Shown here: positions 29,094 through 38,372 of the stretch, piece by piece
Position numbering within the stretch: the first letter of the stretch is position 1
How the letters are laid out: each line of letters starts with the position of its first letter
Source of the DNA: Gemmatimonadota bacterium
GTDB lineage: Bacteria > Gemmatimonadota > Gemmatimonadetes > Gemmatimonadales > GWC2-71-9
DNA length: 64,000 nt
Reading direction: 5' to 3'
Assembly: GCA_036679645.1 (NCBI GenBank)
Contig: JAZDCY010000063.1
Span: 34,795-98,794 of the forward strand
The notes under the pieces: generated by a model
Told to the model about the DNA's origin: nothing
The model's database searches: none
The model's input: only the letters and a program-made list of their open reading frames with translations
Program-made: the position numbers and the translations under genes

Positions 29094-29965
29094 CCATTGC
29101 CGTCACGCGTGACTGGGCGAGCGACGTAGTGGAGCTCGCGAAGCCTCGCATCGTGACGATGGTGATGGTGACGGCCGGGGCAGGGTACTGGCTTGCCGGA
29201 CCGGCCATGTCACAGCTCTTCACCCTGTTTCACCTGCTCGTGGGAACGGCGTTGGTCGCGGCCGGGACGAACGCCCTGAACCACATTCATGAGCGAGACA
29301 CCGACGCGTTGATGCAGCGTACCCGTAACCGCCCACTTCCCGCCGGTCGGCTTCCCGTCGGGCACGCATTCGCGTTCGCGTGGAGCACGGGACTGGGTGG
29401 GATCGCGTACCTGACCTTCATGGTGAACGCGTGGACTGGCGGCCTGGCGCTGGCGACACTCGTGAGCTACGTGTTTCTGTACACGCCGTTGAAGCGCCGC
29501 ACGTCGCTCGCCACGCTCATCGGCGCGGTGCCGGGCGCCCTGCCGATCTTGGGAGGCTGGACGGCGACCCAGGGAACACCGACCACCAACGGTTGGGTGC
29601 TCTTCTGGATCGTCTTCCTGTGGCAATTACCGCACTTTCTCGCGCTCGCCTGGATCTACCGCGACGATTACGCCGCGGCCGGCCTGAGAATGCTGAGCGT
29701 GAACGACGAGAAGGGGCGCGTGACCTTCTGGTATGCGGCCCTCTACGCGGCGGCACTGGTCCCGGTGAGCCTCGCACCCACCCCGTTCGGGATCGCGGGG
29801 CCCGTGTATTTTGGCGGCGCGCTCGTGCTCTCCGGCGGGTTCTTCGCGGCCGCCCTCAACGCCGCCATGCGCACGACGCCGGCAAACGCGCGCGCGCTGT
29901 TCAAGGCTTCGCTCGTCTACTTGCCAATCCTCCTGCTGCTCATGAGCGCCGACCGGATAGCCTAG
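29087..29965 (+). CDS. ctaB: Protoheme IX farnesyltransferase (heme O synthase)
   Basis: LAKPRI, NHIHERDTDALMQRTRNRPLPAG, YTPLKR, WQLPHF, DDYAAAG. Confidence 0.95.
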   Translation: MVAIAVTRDWASDVVELAKPRIVTMVMVTAGAGYWLAGPAMSQLFTLFHLLVGTALVAAGTNALNHIHERDTDALMQRTRNRPLPAGRLPVGHAFAFAWSTGLGGIAYLTFMVNAWTGGLALATLVSYVFLYTPLKRRTSLATLIGAVPGALPILGGWTATQGTPTTNGWVLFWIVFLWQLPHFLALAWIYRDDYAAAGLRMLSVNDEKGRVTFWYAALYAAALVPVSLAPTPFGIAGPVYFGGALVLSGGFFAAALNAAMRTTPANARALFKASLVYLPILLLLMSADRIA

Positions 29966-29967
29966 CC

Positions 29968-30156
29968 ATGATTATCTTCCACCGGTTCTTGATCGCAACA
30001 GCGATCGTCTTCTGTCTCGCGCAGGCTGTTTGGATGATCGTCGCGTTCCGTGCGGACGGCCCCCTGCTAATGCTGATCCTGGGCGTATCCTTTGGCCTTG
30101 CCGCAATTGCACTGAGCTATTATCTGAAGAACCTGAACCGCTTTCTCCACCGATGA
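29968..30156 (+). CDS. Small 2-TM membrane protein
   Basis: MIIFHRFLIATAIVFC...YYLKNLNRFLHR; 2 nt after the ctaB stop and coupled to the next gene. Confidence 0.7.
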   Translation: MIIFHRFLIATAIVFCLAQAVWMIVAFRADGPLLMLILGVSFGLAAIALSYYLKNLNRFLHR

Positions 30157-30299
30157 ACGATCCCGTCTCCACCAGCATGTTCTGGGTCGGCGCGATGTTC
30201 GCGTTCACACCGGTCATCGTCGGCGGCACCGTAATCGCCATCTGGTGGTGGAAGCGTAAACAGACGACGCCTACCGAAGGACGGGCCGAGCCGCGGTGA
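30153..30299 (+). CDS. Small single-TM protein
   Basis: ATGA overlap; hydrophobic stretch followed by KRK. Confidence 0.6.
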   Translation: MNDPVSTSMFWVGAMFAFTPVIVGGTVIAIWWWKRKQTTPTEGRAEPR

Positions 30300-30349
30300 G
30301 CAAACGCTAATCTCGGACACGACACACTCTTTCCCTGACAGCGAGACAC

Positions 30350-31069
30350 ATGACTGCCGTCGATACCAATACGCTGACACAGCGCGTGCAGGTTACGGGC
30401 GACATTGCCCGCTACAAGAACGAGGCCGGTGACGAGCGCGAGTTCCCGGTCAAGGAGCTCCCCGAGCCGTTTGTTCAATGGCAGCTCGACTACAAGCACG
30501 GCGTCTACGACGCGATCGAGCGCGACGAGTACGTCGCGTTCAACGCGGGGCATCTGCCAGTTGTCGGCACGGGAGACGGGGCGCAGCATTTTCCTAACCT
30601 GGCCAACAAGGGCATCGGTTTCACACCGAAGGACGACCATATCGAGCATTACCTCGGGATCGTCGAGGCGGCGGTGGAGAAGATCAAGCAGCTTCCGCCG
30701 CACGCTGTCGATGACACGCGGGCCCTGCGGGTCGGCGCAGCGCGCGAATTCTACGCGCACCCGGAACACATCGATTGGCGGCGCCTGGCGTTACTCGAGA
30801 TCTTCGAGGGTACGACGTATCACAACCTCACGCGCCATCCCTTCGCATCGGTGCTGTGGACCGGGAACGCCCCGGTATTCCTGTCGTTCCAGGTCGATTG
30901 CATTGTGGAGATCGTGACACCGGACGATCCACGGTATCGGTTCTCGTGGGCCATGCGGCGGCTCTTCGAATACGAGCCGTTCCATGTGGTCCAGACGATG
31001 TTCCCCTACGCGTACGCGTTCTGGGTTACGGACTGGCACGACAAGACACCCAAGCGTCGCCACAAGTAG
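30350..31069 (+). CDS. Hypothetical protein, possibly PNPOx-like split-barrel (FMN/heme-binding)
   Basis: Strong coding bias; LEIFEGTTYHNLTRHPFASVLW...SFQVDCIVEIV resembles the T..Nl..nP.a.l signature of split barrels. Confidence 0.55.
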   Translation: MTAVDTNTLTQRVQVTGDIARYKNEAGDEREFPVKELPEPFVQWQLDYKHGVYDAIERDEYVAFNAGHLPVVGTGDGAQHFPNLANKGIGFTPKDDHIEHYLGIVEAAVEKIKQLPPHAVDDTRALRVGAAREFYAHPEHIDWRRLALLEIFEGTTYHNLTRHPFASVLWTGNAPVFLSFQVDCIVEIVTPDDPRYRFSWAMRRLFEYEPFHVVQTMFPYAYAFWVTDWHDKTPKRRHK

Positions 31070-31077
31070 TTCATCCC

Positions 31078-31665
31078 ATGGCCGTGGACACCCCGGTGGA
31101 CCAGCGCGCGCTTCACGCGCTCGTCGATGCGCTACGCGATATCGTAACTCAGCCGGGCCGTCTGTTCCTGATTGGTGAGACGAGCCAACTCGCCGAAGGT
31201 TGGCGGCCCCGCGTGCCCCAGCTCCTCCTCACGCCGGGCGATGACGACGGCGCGCGTGAGGCGACGACCGCCGCGGTGCAGGCCGCAGCGAATCGACTCG
31301 GCATGAGTATCGTGTGGGAATCGCCGGAGGACGTGGTCCCGCTTCCCCGTGGGGCCAATCAACGCCACCGCAGGACCGAGCACGCGTGGGATGTCGCTGG
31401 AGGGACCTTTGAGATCCAGCATTACGACCCCTACAGCGTCGTCTGTCGGGGAATCGCCCGCGGGGACGAACCCGACTACCACACTGCGCTCGTATACCTC
31501 GAACACGGCTGGGTGACGGAAGCCCGGTTGGTGGAGCTGTTCGAGGAACTGATCCCACGCCTTCGCGCCGACACGATCGCGCAGGACCCCGCCGAATTTC
31601 GGCGGAAGCTCAAAGGCTTGTTGCAGATGTGGCGGGCAAAGACAAGCGCCACCCGGCAGTCCTAG
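31078..31665 (+). CDS. DUF6036-like nucleotidyltransferase-fold protein (degenerate)
   Basis: RLFLIGETS...GWR, SPEDVVPLP, HYDPYS...IARG..PD, DPAEFRRK. Confidence 0.6.
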   Translation: MAVDTPVDQRALHALVDALRDIVTQPGRLFLIGETSQLAEGWRPRVPQLLLTPGDDDGAREATTAAVQAAANRLGMSIVWESPEDVVPLPRGANQRHRRTEHAWDVAGGTFEIQHYDPYSVVCRGIARGDEPDYHTALVYLEHGWVTEARLVELFEELIPRLRADTIAQDPAEFRRKLKGLLQMWRAKTSATRQS

Positions 31666-31669
31666 CGCG

Positions 31670-32224
31670 TTAGCCGGCCGGCCGCTCGCGGCGAAGCGAG
31701 AGGATCACCGCTAGGGTTGCTAGACCAAAGGCCGCGCCCGCGAGGGCGAAGGCGGCCCACGACGAGATCTGCGTGCTGCCGGCGATCGTCACCCGCAACT
31801 CCGGTCCCTCACCGCCTCGACGCCAGTTGACCTCTGTCCCTCCGTCACGTGTGAGACGCACAGGGAAGTGGAGCACTTTCCGCCGCACGTCGGCCTGCAG
31901 CCGTCCCATGAAGGCGAATTCCTCGAAGCGACCGCGCTCGACCCGTCCACCCGTCCACTCGATCGCCTGCGGTGTCGTACTCGTTCCGGCAATCGTCTCC
32001 GCAGCCCACCCATCCGGCGCCTCGACGCCCAATATCCCAATCACATCGGGGATCTCAACCCGAACGGCCACCCAGGCCGTGTCGCTCTGGTTGATGACGC
32101 GCACGCTGATCCGCTCCCATGCGGCGGGCACGAGGCTGGGTGGATCGAGCGCGACCTGGGCCTCGAGTGGGAGTGCCAGCGCACAGAGCGACAACGCTAC
32201 AACGGATGACGGAACGAAGGACAT
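31670..32224 (-). CDS. YcnI/DUF1775-like exported protein with C-terminal TM
   Basis: Signal peptide, VRVEIP...GW...IEWTGG...FEEFAF, FPV, C-terminal TM. Confidence 0.7.
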   Translation of the reverse strand: MSFVPSSVVALSLCALALPLEAQVALDPPSLVPAAWERISVRVINQSDTAWVAVRVEIPDVIGILGVEAPDGWAAETIAGTSTTPQAIEWTGGRVERGRFEEFAFMGRLQADVRRKVLHFPVRLTRDGGTEVNWRRGGEGPELRVTIAGSTQISSWAAFALAGAAFGLATLAVILSLRRERPAG

Positions 32225-32358
32225 GCGGGTTCCTCTGGAAGAGTCCGCCGCTAAAGCGGCGGCTCGGCTGATGTCACTAAAGTGACCCCACCGCCCCACA
32301 TCGATTCAGCGACATCTACCGATCGCGTCCGCGAGCTTGCTAACTCACGGCTAACCGC

Positions 32359-33003
32359 CTACTGCCCGCCCCCCGGGATAGCAAACGAGAAGCCAAACGT
32401 TACAATCGGGTAATACTTGAATATACTGATGTCGTCCTCGAACTCTGCGGCTTCGGCGGTGAGATCGACTAGCGCCACTGCGTTCGAGGCCTCGAGCTCG
32501 ACCGACGGCGATCCCGTAAACGAGATCCCGAGGTCAAAGAAGATCCCAAAGCTGCTCGTCGCGATGTTGCCCCACCCGAACGACACGAATGGCGCAAGCT
32601 TGTTGGTGACGAAGGATCCAGTGAGACTCCCGATCTGCGCCGGCGTGTAGGCTACCCCGCCGAAGTCAGTCGGCCCGGACGGCGTAGCGCTGATCGAGAA
32701 CGAGTTGGGCGAATAGACCGCGCCGCCCGACAAGCGGAGATTCCCGACGAGAAAAAGGTCCACCGCGGCCGTGAACTGTGGTGACGGGAAGTCGAACTCG
32801 TACTCAATGTCCGACGCGGTGTTATCCAGGTTAACCGGGAAGAAATTGCCGCCCGCCCGAAGGGTCACACGCGGGTGCACCGAGTATCCGATGTCGGCTC
32901 CCACTCCCAGCGATCCGCCGTGGACCGAGAACCCGACTTGCGCTTCCATGCGGGATGCTCCAGCGAAGGCGATACATACCAGCAGACACAGAGTTCGCTT
33001 CAC
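32359..33003 (-). CDS. Putative outer-membrane beta-barrel protein
   Basis: Signal peptide, GSLGVGADIG, alternating strands, YYPIVTFGFSF near the C-terminus; GAGGAG RBS. Confidence 0.72.
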   Translation of the reverse strand: MKRTLCLLVCIAFAGASRMEAQVGFSVHGGSLGVGADIGYSVHPRVTLRAGGNFFPVNLDNTASDIEYEFDFPSPQFTAAVDLFLVGNLRLSGGAVYSPNSFSISATPSGPTDFGGVAYTPAQIGSLTGSFVTNKLAPFVSFGWGNIATSSFGIFFDLGISFTGSPSVELEASNAVALVDLTAEAAEFEDDISIFKYYPIVTFGFSFAIPGGGQ

Positions 33004-33053
33004 GATCTCTCCTCGAAAAGGGCCGCCCCAAGATGGGGCGGCTATGGTTTCTG

Positions 33054-33497
33054 TCAATGGCGCGTTTGTACCTCGAACAGCCTCATGCACGCCCACGTCA
33101 CCTCCTCCTCGTCGGCCGCATCCATGACGATCACCTGAAAGCGCGCTCCGGGCCGTAACGCGGAGCGGCTGAAGCGCTCGGAGTCCTGCGCTCCCGGCGG
33201 GTCGGTGCCGACGGTGATTGGAGGCTGGAGGCTGCCCTTGACCCACCAGATGTCCGTCCCGCTCTCGCTCTCCATGCCAAGCGTACCGATGCCGATCGCC
33301 GGCTCCCATGTGAGCACGAGACTGTCGCCGCCCGTGAGGATCAGCCTGACGTGCGAGACCGAGTCCGCAAGTAACTGGCCATCCTCGGAAACCGCGAAGC
33401 AACTGACCTCGTCGACGGGGTTGACCTCGATCTGCGCAGCGGCAGGTGACAGGGACAGTGGCAGCAGGAGCATCGCCAAGTACGCGCCGGTTGTCAT
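33054..33497 (-). CDS. Hypothetical secreted protein
   Basis: Signal-peptide-like MTTGAYLAMLLLPLSLSPAAA, GGAGA RBS. Confidence 0.55.
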   Translation of the reverse strand: MTTGAYLAMLLLPLSLSPAAAQIEVNPVDEVSCFAVSEDGQLLADSVSHVRLILTGGDSLVLTWEPAIGIGTLGMESESGTDIWWVKGSLQPPITVGTDPPGAQDSERFSRSALRPGARFQVIVMDAADEEEVTWACMRLFEVQTRH

Positions 33498-33527
33498 GTG
33501 ATTTCTCCGCCGGATGAGCAAGACGCC

Positions 33528-33578
33528 GCGGTAGCGGTCCGTTAAGGCTGTGGTGAGGCGGTCCAGCACGTCTGACAC
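33528..33578 (-). pseudogene. N-terminal remnant of a Ser/Thr protein kinase
   Basis: GGAG RBS plus GTG start encoding MSDVLDRLTTALTDRYR, the segment that normally precedes IERELG.GGM; the sequence then switches abruptly. Confidence 0.55.
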
Positions 33579-33799
33579 TGTAGTACTCCGGCTGGCAGCG
33601 CCTCTAAGATGGGGCGTACTCGCGGCGGCGGCCAGTTTGACGGTTGGTGGAAAGAGGCAACTCGGCTGCACCTGCGGCGCGGCGAAACAGCAGGAGCGAC
33701 GTCATTCGCCTCTTGTATTGACACCCACCCACCCGCCCGACATCGTAAGCGTAACTGCCCTTTCCACCCGAGCCGAGAGGTACGCGAGAGGTCCACACC

Positions 33800-35629
33800 T
33801 TGTCCGCCCCCAACAACTCGCAAGGCTTCCACCTCGCTGGCCCCACCGGGCCAGGGATTGATGTAGTTACGCCAACAGCAATCCCGCGGTCGGACTGCGC
33901 GAGCCGCCCATGGACTCATGCACTGCTTGCGTTGCGGGCGGCCCTCGTAGCAATCGCGCTCGTAGCGTGCGACGACTCCGTCGGACCGACCACTGGGCTG
34001 ACGCTGACCATCTCGGCGCGGCCCGAGGCCGACAGCCTCCTCGTAGGCGATACCCTCCTGCTCGTCGCCGACGTGCGCGACGCGAACGATACGCCGCGTC
34101 CCGAGTTGCAGGTCGCGTGGGTCACGAGTCACGGGATTCCTCTCGGCACTGGTAGCCAGGTCACGGTGACGCTGGTGCTCGATGGGTCGTACGCCATCGT
34201 TGCCAGCGTCGTCCTGGCCGGCACCGAGGTAGCGCGCGCGAGTATCCCGGTGACGGTGTTGCCAAATAGCCGGCCGCACATCGAGCTTCTGGTCACTCCA
34301 CGCGAGCGGTTCTACGCCTCAGATACGGCGGTCTTCGTCGCTCAAGCAAGCGACGCCGAATCTGAGGTAACGCAGATCACGTGGCACTCCGATGTGCTGG
34401 GCCTTATTGGCGAAGGGGATACGCTGCGCTGGGTGCCCGGTGAGGGAGCGGTCGGGCTGCACCTGATCACTGCCCGCGCCCACGACCCTCAGGGGAATCG
34501 CGATGACGTGCTGCACGTGGTGCGTGTGTTTTCGGCCGAACGGTTTCTGTGGACATTTCAACCGGAAGATGGGTCTATCGGCAGCGGGGGCGCGATGTTG
34601 GCGCTCGCGGATGATGGGAGTTTGTATGCCGGCTTTCCATGGATCGCAAGTTGTCTGAACTGCGTGTGGGCCGTCTCTCCCGACGGTGAACCGCGGTGGA
34701 CGTACTCGTTGGAGAGCAGCTTCTGGGATCATTCAAGCGGGCTGACGGTCGGGCCTGACGGGCGCGTGTTCGTTTTCGATTTCCGTGGGATCGGCTACGC
34801 GCTTGCGCCAACCGGCGCGCTGATCTGGCAGAACACGATCCTGGGCGGGGATCCGCACGGTCGTTACGCGCTCGCACCCGATGGAGCGCTCTTTGCCGCG
34901 GGCCGGAAACGCGATCAGGGGATCGCCTCCTTGGTACGGGTGGCTCCGGAGACGGGAGAGATTCTCTGGAAGGTTGAGCGCCAAGCGGCTTACCGCAACG
35001 GACCGGCAATCGCGCCTGACGGGAAGATGACCTTTCAACCATCACCCGCGACACTCGTAGTCTCGCCAAACGGCACGGTCCTGCGCGAAGACACGCTGAG
35101 CTCTTCCGCCTCCGGCCGCCACATGAGCGCCATGGACGCCGACGGCGTGACCTACTACTCCAGTTCAGGCGGCACACTTTCGGCAGTCGGGCTCGACGGC
35201 ACCGTTCGGTGGCAATTAGACCTCGGTTCCAGGCCCGGTGAACCCGTCATCGGACCCGACGGGATGATCTACGTAGCCGCCGGCTCCACCGCGTATGCGG
35301 TGCGCGCGGATGGGATCGTGCTCTGGGAGTCACTCCTCAGCGGCTCGAGCTGGATTCCCCGACTTGCACTCCTAGCCAACGGGACGCTGTGGGTAGCGCT
35401 CGGTGAGCACCTGTTCTTGCTGTCAGCAGCAACGGGGGAGACGTTGGACGTCGTCGAGTTCCTAGATCCCGTTCAGTCGGCACTGGCCGTAGCCCCCAAC
35501 GGTGTCGTGTACGTGATCACCGACGACAACCGTCTCATCGCCCTCGAGGGTCCCGCTGGTCTCGACCCGAACGCCCCTTGGCCCATCTGGCGGGGCGACA
35601 ACCGCCGCACGGCCAGTGTGGCGCGGTAG
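33800..35629 (+). CDS. Lipoprotein with Ig-like domains and PQQ-like (BamB-type) beta-propeller
   Basis: Lipobox LVAC, repeated GxxxW / pdG.iY propeller motifs, C-terminal PWPIWRGDNRRT; true start probably near 33932 (TTG). Confidence 0.75.
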   Translation: MSAPNNSQGFHLAGPTGPGIDVVTPTAIPRSDCASRPWTHALLALRAALVAIALVACDDSVGPTTGLTLTISARPEADSLLVGDTLLLVADVRDANDTPRPELQVAWVTSHGIPLGTGSQVTVTLVLDGSYAIVASVVLAGTEVARASIPVTVLPNSRPHIELLVTPRERFYASDTAVFVAQASDAESEVTQITWHSDVLGLIGEGDTLRWVPGEGAVGLHLITARAHDPQGNRDDVLHVVRVFSAERFLWTFQPEDGSIGSGGAMLALADDGSLYAGFPWIASCLNCVWAVSPDGEPRWTYSLESSFWDHSSGLTVGPDGRVFVFDFRGIGYALAPTGALIWQNTILGGDPHGRYALAPDGALFAAGRKRDQGIASLVRVAPETGEILWKVERQAAYRNGPAIAPDGKMTFQPSPATLVVSPNGTVLREDTLSSSASGRHMSAMDADGVTYYSSSGGTLSAVGLDGTVRWQLDLGSRPGEPVIGPDGMIYVAAGSTAYAVRADGIVLWESLLSGSSWIPRLALLANGTLWVALGEHLFLLSAATGETLDVVEFLDPVQSALAVAPNGVVYVITDDNRLIALEGPAGLDPNAPWPIWRGDNRRTASVAR

Positions 35630-35832
35630 TGGGTAGCCCGCGCCCCTAGTAGACGACCAGCGGGCACAAGCGAGCGTGAAGACCGAGCGATGCGCGACTA
35701 CTGGAGCTCTCATGTGCCTGCCTGACTACCGGGCTGTCTCAATAGGAGCGTCGTAGCCCCCATGCGCGACCGCGGTACCGTCGTGCGCACTAGTGATGGC
35801 GGGACCCGCACGTCCGAGCAGTACGGTACCGC

Positions 35833-37053
35833 ATGGCTCATCCCCGCCCAAGCCTCGCAGACGCCGAGCGTGTGCTCTACCGCGTGTGGGGCTATGACGG
35901 TTTTCGCTACCACCAACGGCGCGTCGTGGTCGCTGCGCTGCGCGGCCGGGATTGCCTGGCGATCCTGCCGACAGGGGGCGGCAAGTCGATCTGCTTTCAG
36001 GTCCCGGCGCTGGCGCTCCCCGGCATCACCCTCGTTGTATCTCCGCTAATCTCGCTCATGCAAGATCAGGTGGCGGCGCTGCGCCGCCGCAAAGTCGCAG
36101 CCGCCTACCTGAGCAGCACCCAAGAACCCGAGGTCCGCGCGGCGGTGCGGGCCGCCCTGCTCGCCGGCCGCCTGAAGCTGCTCTACGTCGCGCCGGAACG
36201 GCTCCAGCGATTGATTGCAGAGACCCGGCTCGACTGCGCGCTGCTCGCAGTCGACGAGGCGCACTGCATCAGCGAATGGGGCCACCAATTCCGCCCTCAC
36301 TACCGCGCCCTCGGGAACCATCGTCGAGCACTCGGCATGCCGCCGACGATTGCGGTCACCGCATCGGCCACTCCCGCGACGCGTCAGGACATCATCAGCG
36401 TGCTCCGTCTGGATCGCCCCGTGCGCGTCACCCAGTCGTTCGACCGGCCCAACCTGTTCTTCGATGTCAAGCGTTTTGCGGACGAGCCCAGCCGCGTGCG
36501 AGCCATACGCGATCCCCTCCGGCGCGCGAAGGGGACGACCATCGTCTACGTCCCAACCCGCAATCGCACGGACGGGATCACCAAGGTCCTGCGGTATTGG
36601 GGTATCGCAGCTTCCCCCTATCACGCAGGTCTCCCGTCCTCCGCGCGTGAAGGCCTGCTGCGACGTTTTCTCGATGGGACTATTCGCGTAATGGTCGCGA
36701 CAAACGCCTTTGGCATGGGAATCGACAAGCCGGACGTGCGTCTCGTACTGCACCTCGGCGTACCGTCGCGGCCAGAGTCCTACTACCAGCAGGCGGGCAG
36801 GGCGGGGCGCGATGCCCAACCGGCTCGCTGCGTTCTGCTGTGGACCAAGCGCGACCTCGTCCTGGCCCGCCGGCTCATGGGAGACGGGCCGGGGGCGCAG
36901 GAAGGCCTCGAGACGATGCGGCGCTACGTCTGGGGCCGCGCGTGCCGGCGGCGGGTCTTGCTGCGTTACCTGGGCGAACCAAAGGTGACGTGCAACGGGT
37001 GCGACAGATGCCGCGGCGCGGGGCCCGGGTTGCAGGGTGAGGCGGCTTCTTGA
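35833..37053 (+). CDS. RecQ family ATP-dependent DNA helicase (short form)
   Basis: PTGGGKSICFQ, VDEAHCISEWG, TASAT, ATNAFGMGIDKPDVR, QQAGRAGRD, Zn motif CRR...CNGCDRC; no winged-helix/HRDC. Confidence 0.93.
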   Translation: MAHPRPSLADAERVLYRVWGYDGFRYHQRRVVVAALRGRDCLAILPTGGGKSICFQVPALALPGITLVVSPLISLMQDQVAALRRRKVAAAYLSSTQEPEVRAAVRAALLAGRLKLLYVAPERLQRLIAETRLDCALLAVDEAHCISEWGHQFRPHYRALGNHRRALGMPPTIAVTASATPATRQDIISVLRLDRPVRVTQSFDRPNLFFDVKRFADEPSRVRAIRDPLRRAKGTTIVYVPTRNRTDGITKVLRYWGIAASPYHAGLPSSAREGLLRRFLDGTIRVMVATNAFGMGIDKPDVRLVLHLGVPSRPESYYQQAGRAGRDAQPARCVLLWTKRDLVLARRLMGDGPGAQEGLETMRRYVWGRACRRRVLLRYLGEPKVTCNGCDRCRGAGPGLQGEAAS

Positions 37054-37131
37054 ACATTCGGGTCATTACCGAGCGGTGAAAGGCGGCAGGTACTGCTGAC
37101 ACAACCCGATTGGCAAGCCGTCTCGGCTGTC

Positions 37132-37557
37132 GTGGTACAGGGATATGGAGTCGCATCCGGCACGGGTGCAAAGTCCCCCCATCCGGCTGGGTCCATTGAG
37201 CTGCAGCTGCCGCACTTCCGCGCGCGCGGGCTGGATCTCGACCAGTACTTTTTTGGTACGCTGAACCTGAAACTCGATGCGAAGAGTTTCGCACTCACGA
37301 AGCCGCGCTACTACTTCGCTCAGGTTCAGTGGACGGACCTGCACGGTCCCGAAGACTTCTCCTTCTCGCCGTGTCGCATCGAGTTCCGCGCTGTCCGTTA
37401 TGACGGGCTCATCTACTATCCCCACCCATCAACGAAGCCGGCGCACCATCAGCCGGCGAACGTGATCGAGATCCTCAGCGAGAAGATTCCGGACATCGGC
37501 GACGGAGCACGCGTCGTACTCTTCGTGGATCCCGGCGAGGTCGCGATTCTGGCGTGA
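37132..37557 (+). CDS. Hypothetical protein resembling the CTP-dependent riboflavin kinase fold
   Basis: VVQGYGVASG...GTLNL...IEILS..IP.I..G..V; start may be ~40 nt upstream. Confidence 0.55.
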   Translation: MVQGYGVASGTGAKSPHPAGSIELQLPHFRARGLDLDQYFFGTLNLKLDAKSFALTKPRYYFAQVQWTDLHGPEDFSFSPCRIEFRAVRYDGLIYYPHPSTKPAHHQPANVIEILSEKIPDIGDGARVVLFVDPGEVAILA

Positions 37558-37560
37558 GCG

Positions 37561-38130
37561 TCACCTGTTTCGTGATTCGCTCACCGGGCTGGACGTCTCT
37601 AGGATTTCCTGCCATTCGATCGCGTCGAGTAACGGAGGCGCCAGAAGGGCACTCGCGATGGCTTCGGCGATGACGCCGTGCGCCAACGTGTTGTAGTGCC
37701 CGTCGTGCCGGAACCTGAGCCTCATCGAGTTCCCCTGTCGTTCCCCCTGCAACGCTGCGAACACGGACAGCACGGGCAGGCCCGTGCGTTCCAGCTCGTC
37801 CATGGCAGACGAATCGTCAAGCTCGAGTGATGCTAGTTCGGGAAGATACACGACGACGAAGGCTGCTCCGCTCTCGTTCGCGACCTGGGCCATTTGCTGA
37901 AGAAGGTCTCGCGTCTCGTCCCAAATAGTCGTGTGCCGCTCTCCACCGCGCTGCGACTGTCCGTAGTCGCGCACCCGCTCGACATGACTCGGCTCGCGCC
38001 GGAATCGTTGCTTCATCTGGGACAGGAGTCCGTAGAGGTGCGAGTGGCGGGCGAGCCACCGCACGTTTGCCTGAATCACAACGTCAGTACTTGGATTCGG
38101 GTTGGGGTGAAGTCTAACGTGGTTGTTGTG
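37561..38130 (-). pseudogene. C-terminal fragment of an SGNH/GDSL hydrolase-like protein
   Basis: HSHLYGLL, FVVVYLP, FRHDGHYNTLAHGVIAEAI (DxH block V); no GDS block and no credible start. Confidence 0.55.
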
Positions 38131-38372
38131 CAGATCGTTTCCCTCATCAGCGAGGTCTCTGATCCGTGATAGTGTTGCACGACTGCAACTCTTGCCCCCG
38201 GACGTGCCGATCGTAGAATAGACACCGTATAACCGACCATAAGTGTCGGTTTTGACCGGTGACTCTCCCGCCGGCCCGCCGCCCGACAGACGGCCGCAGG
38301 ACGCCTGCCCGACGACGAGACCCCAAGAGTCACTGGCCCAGCTGCATGGGTCGTCCACGGGGGCTTGTTGCC

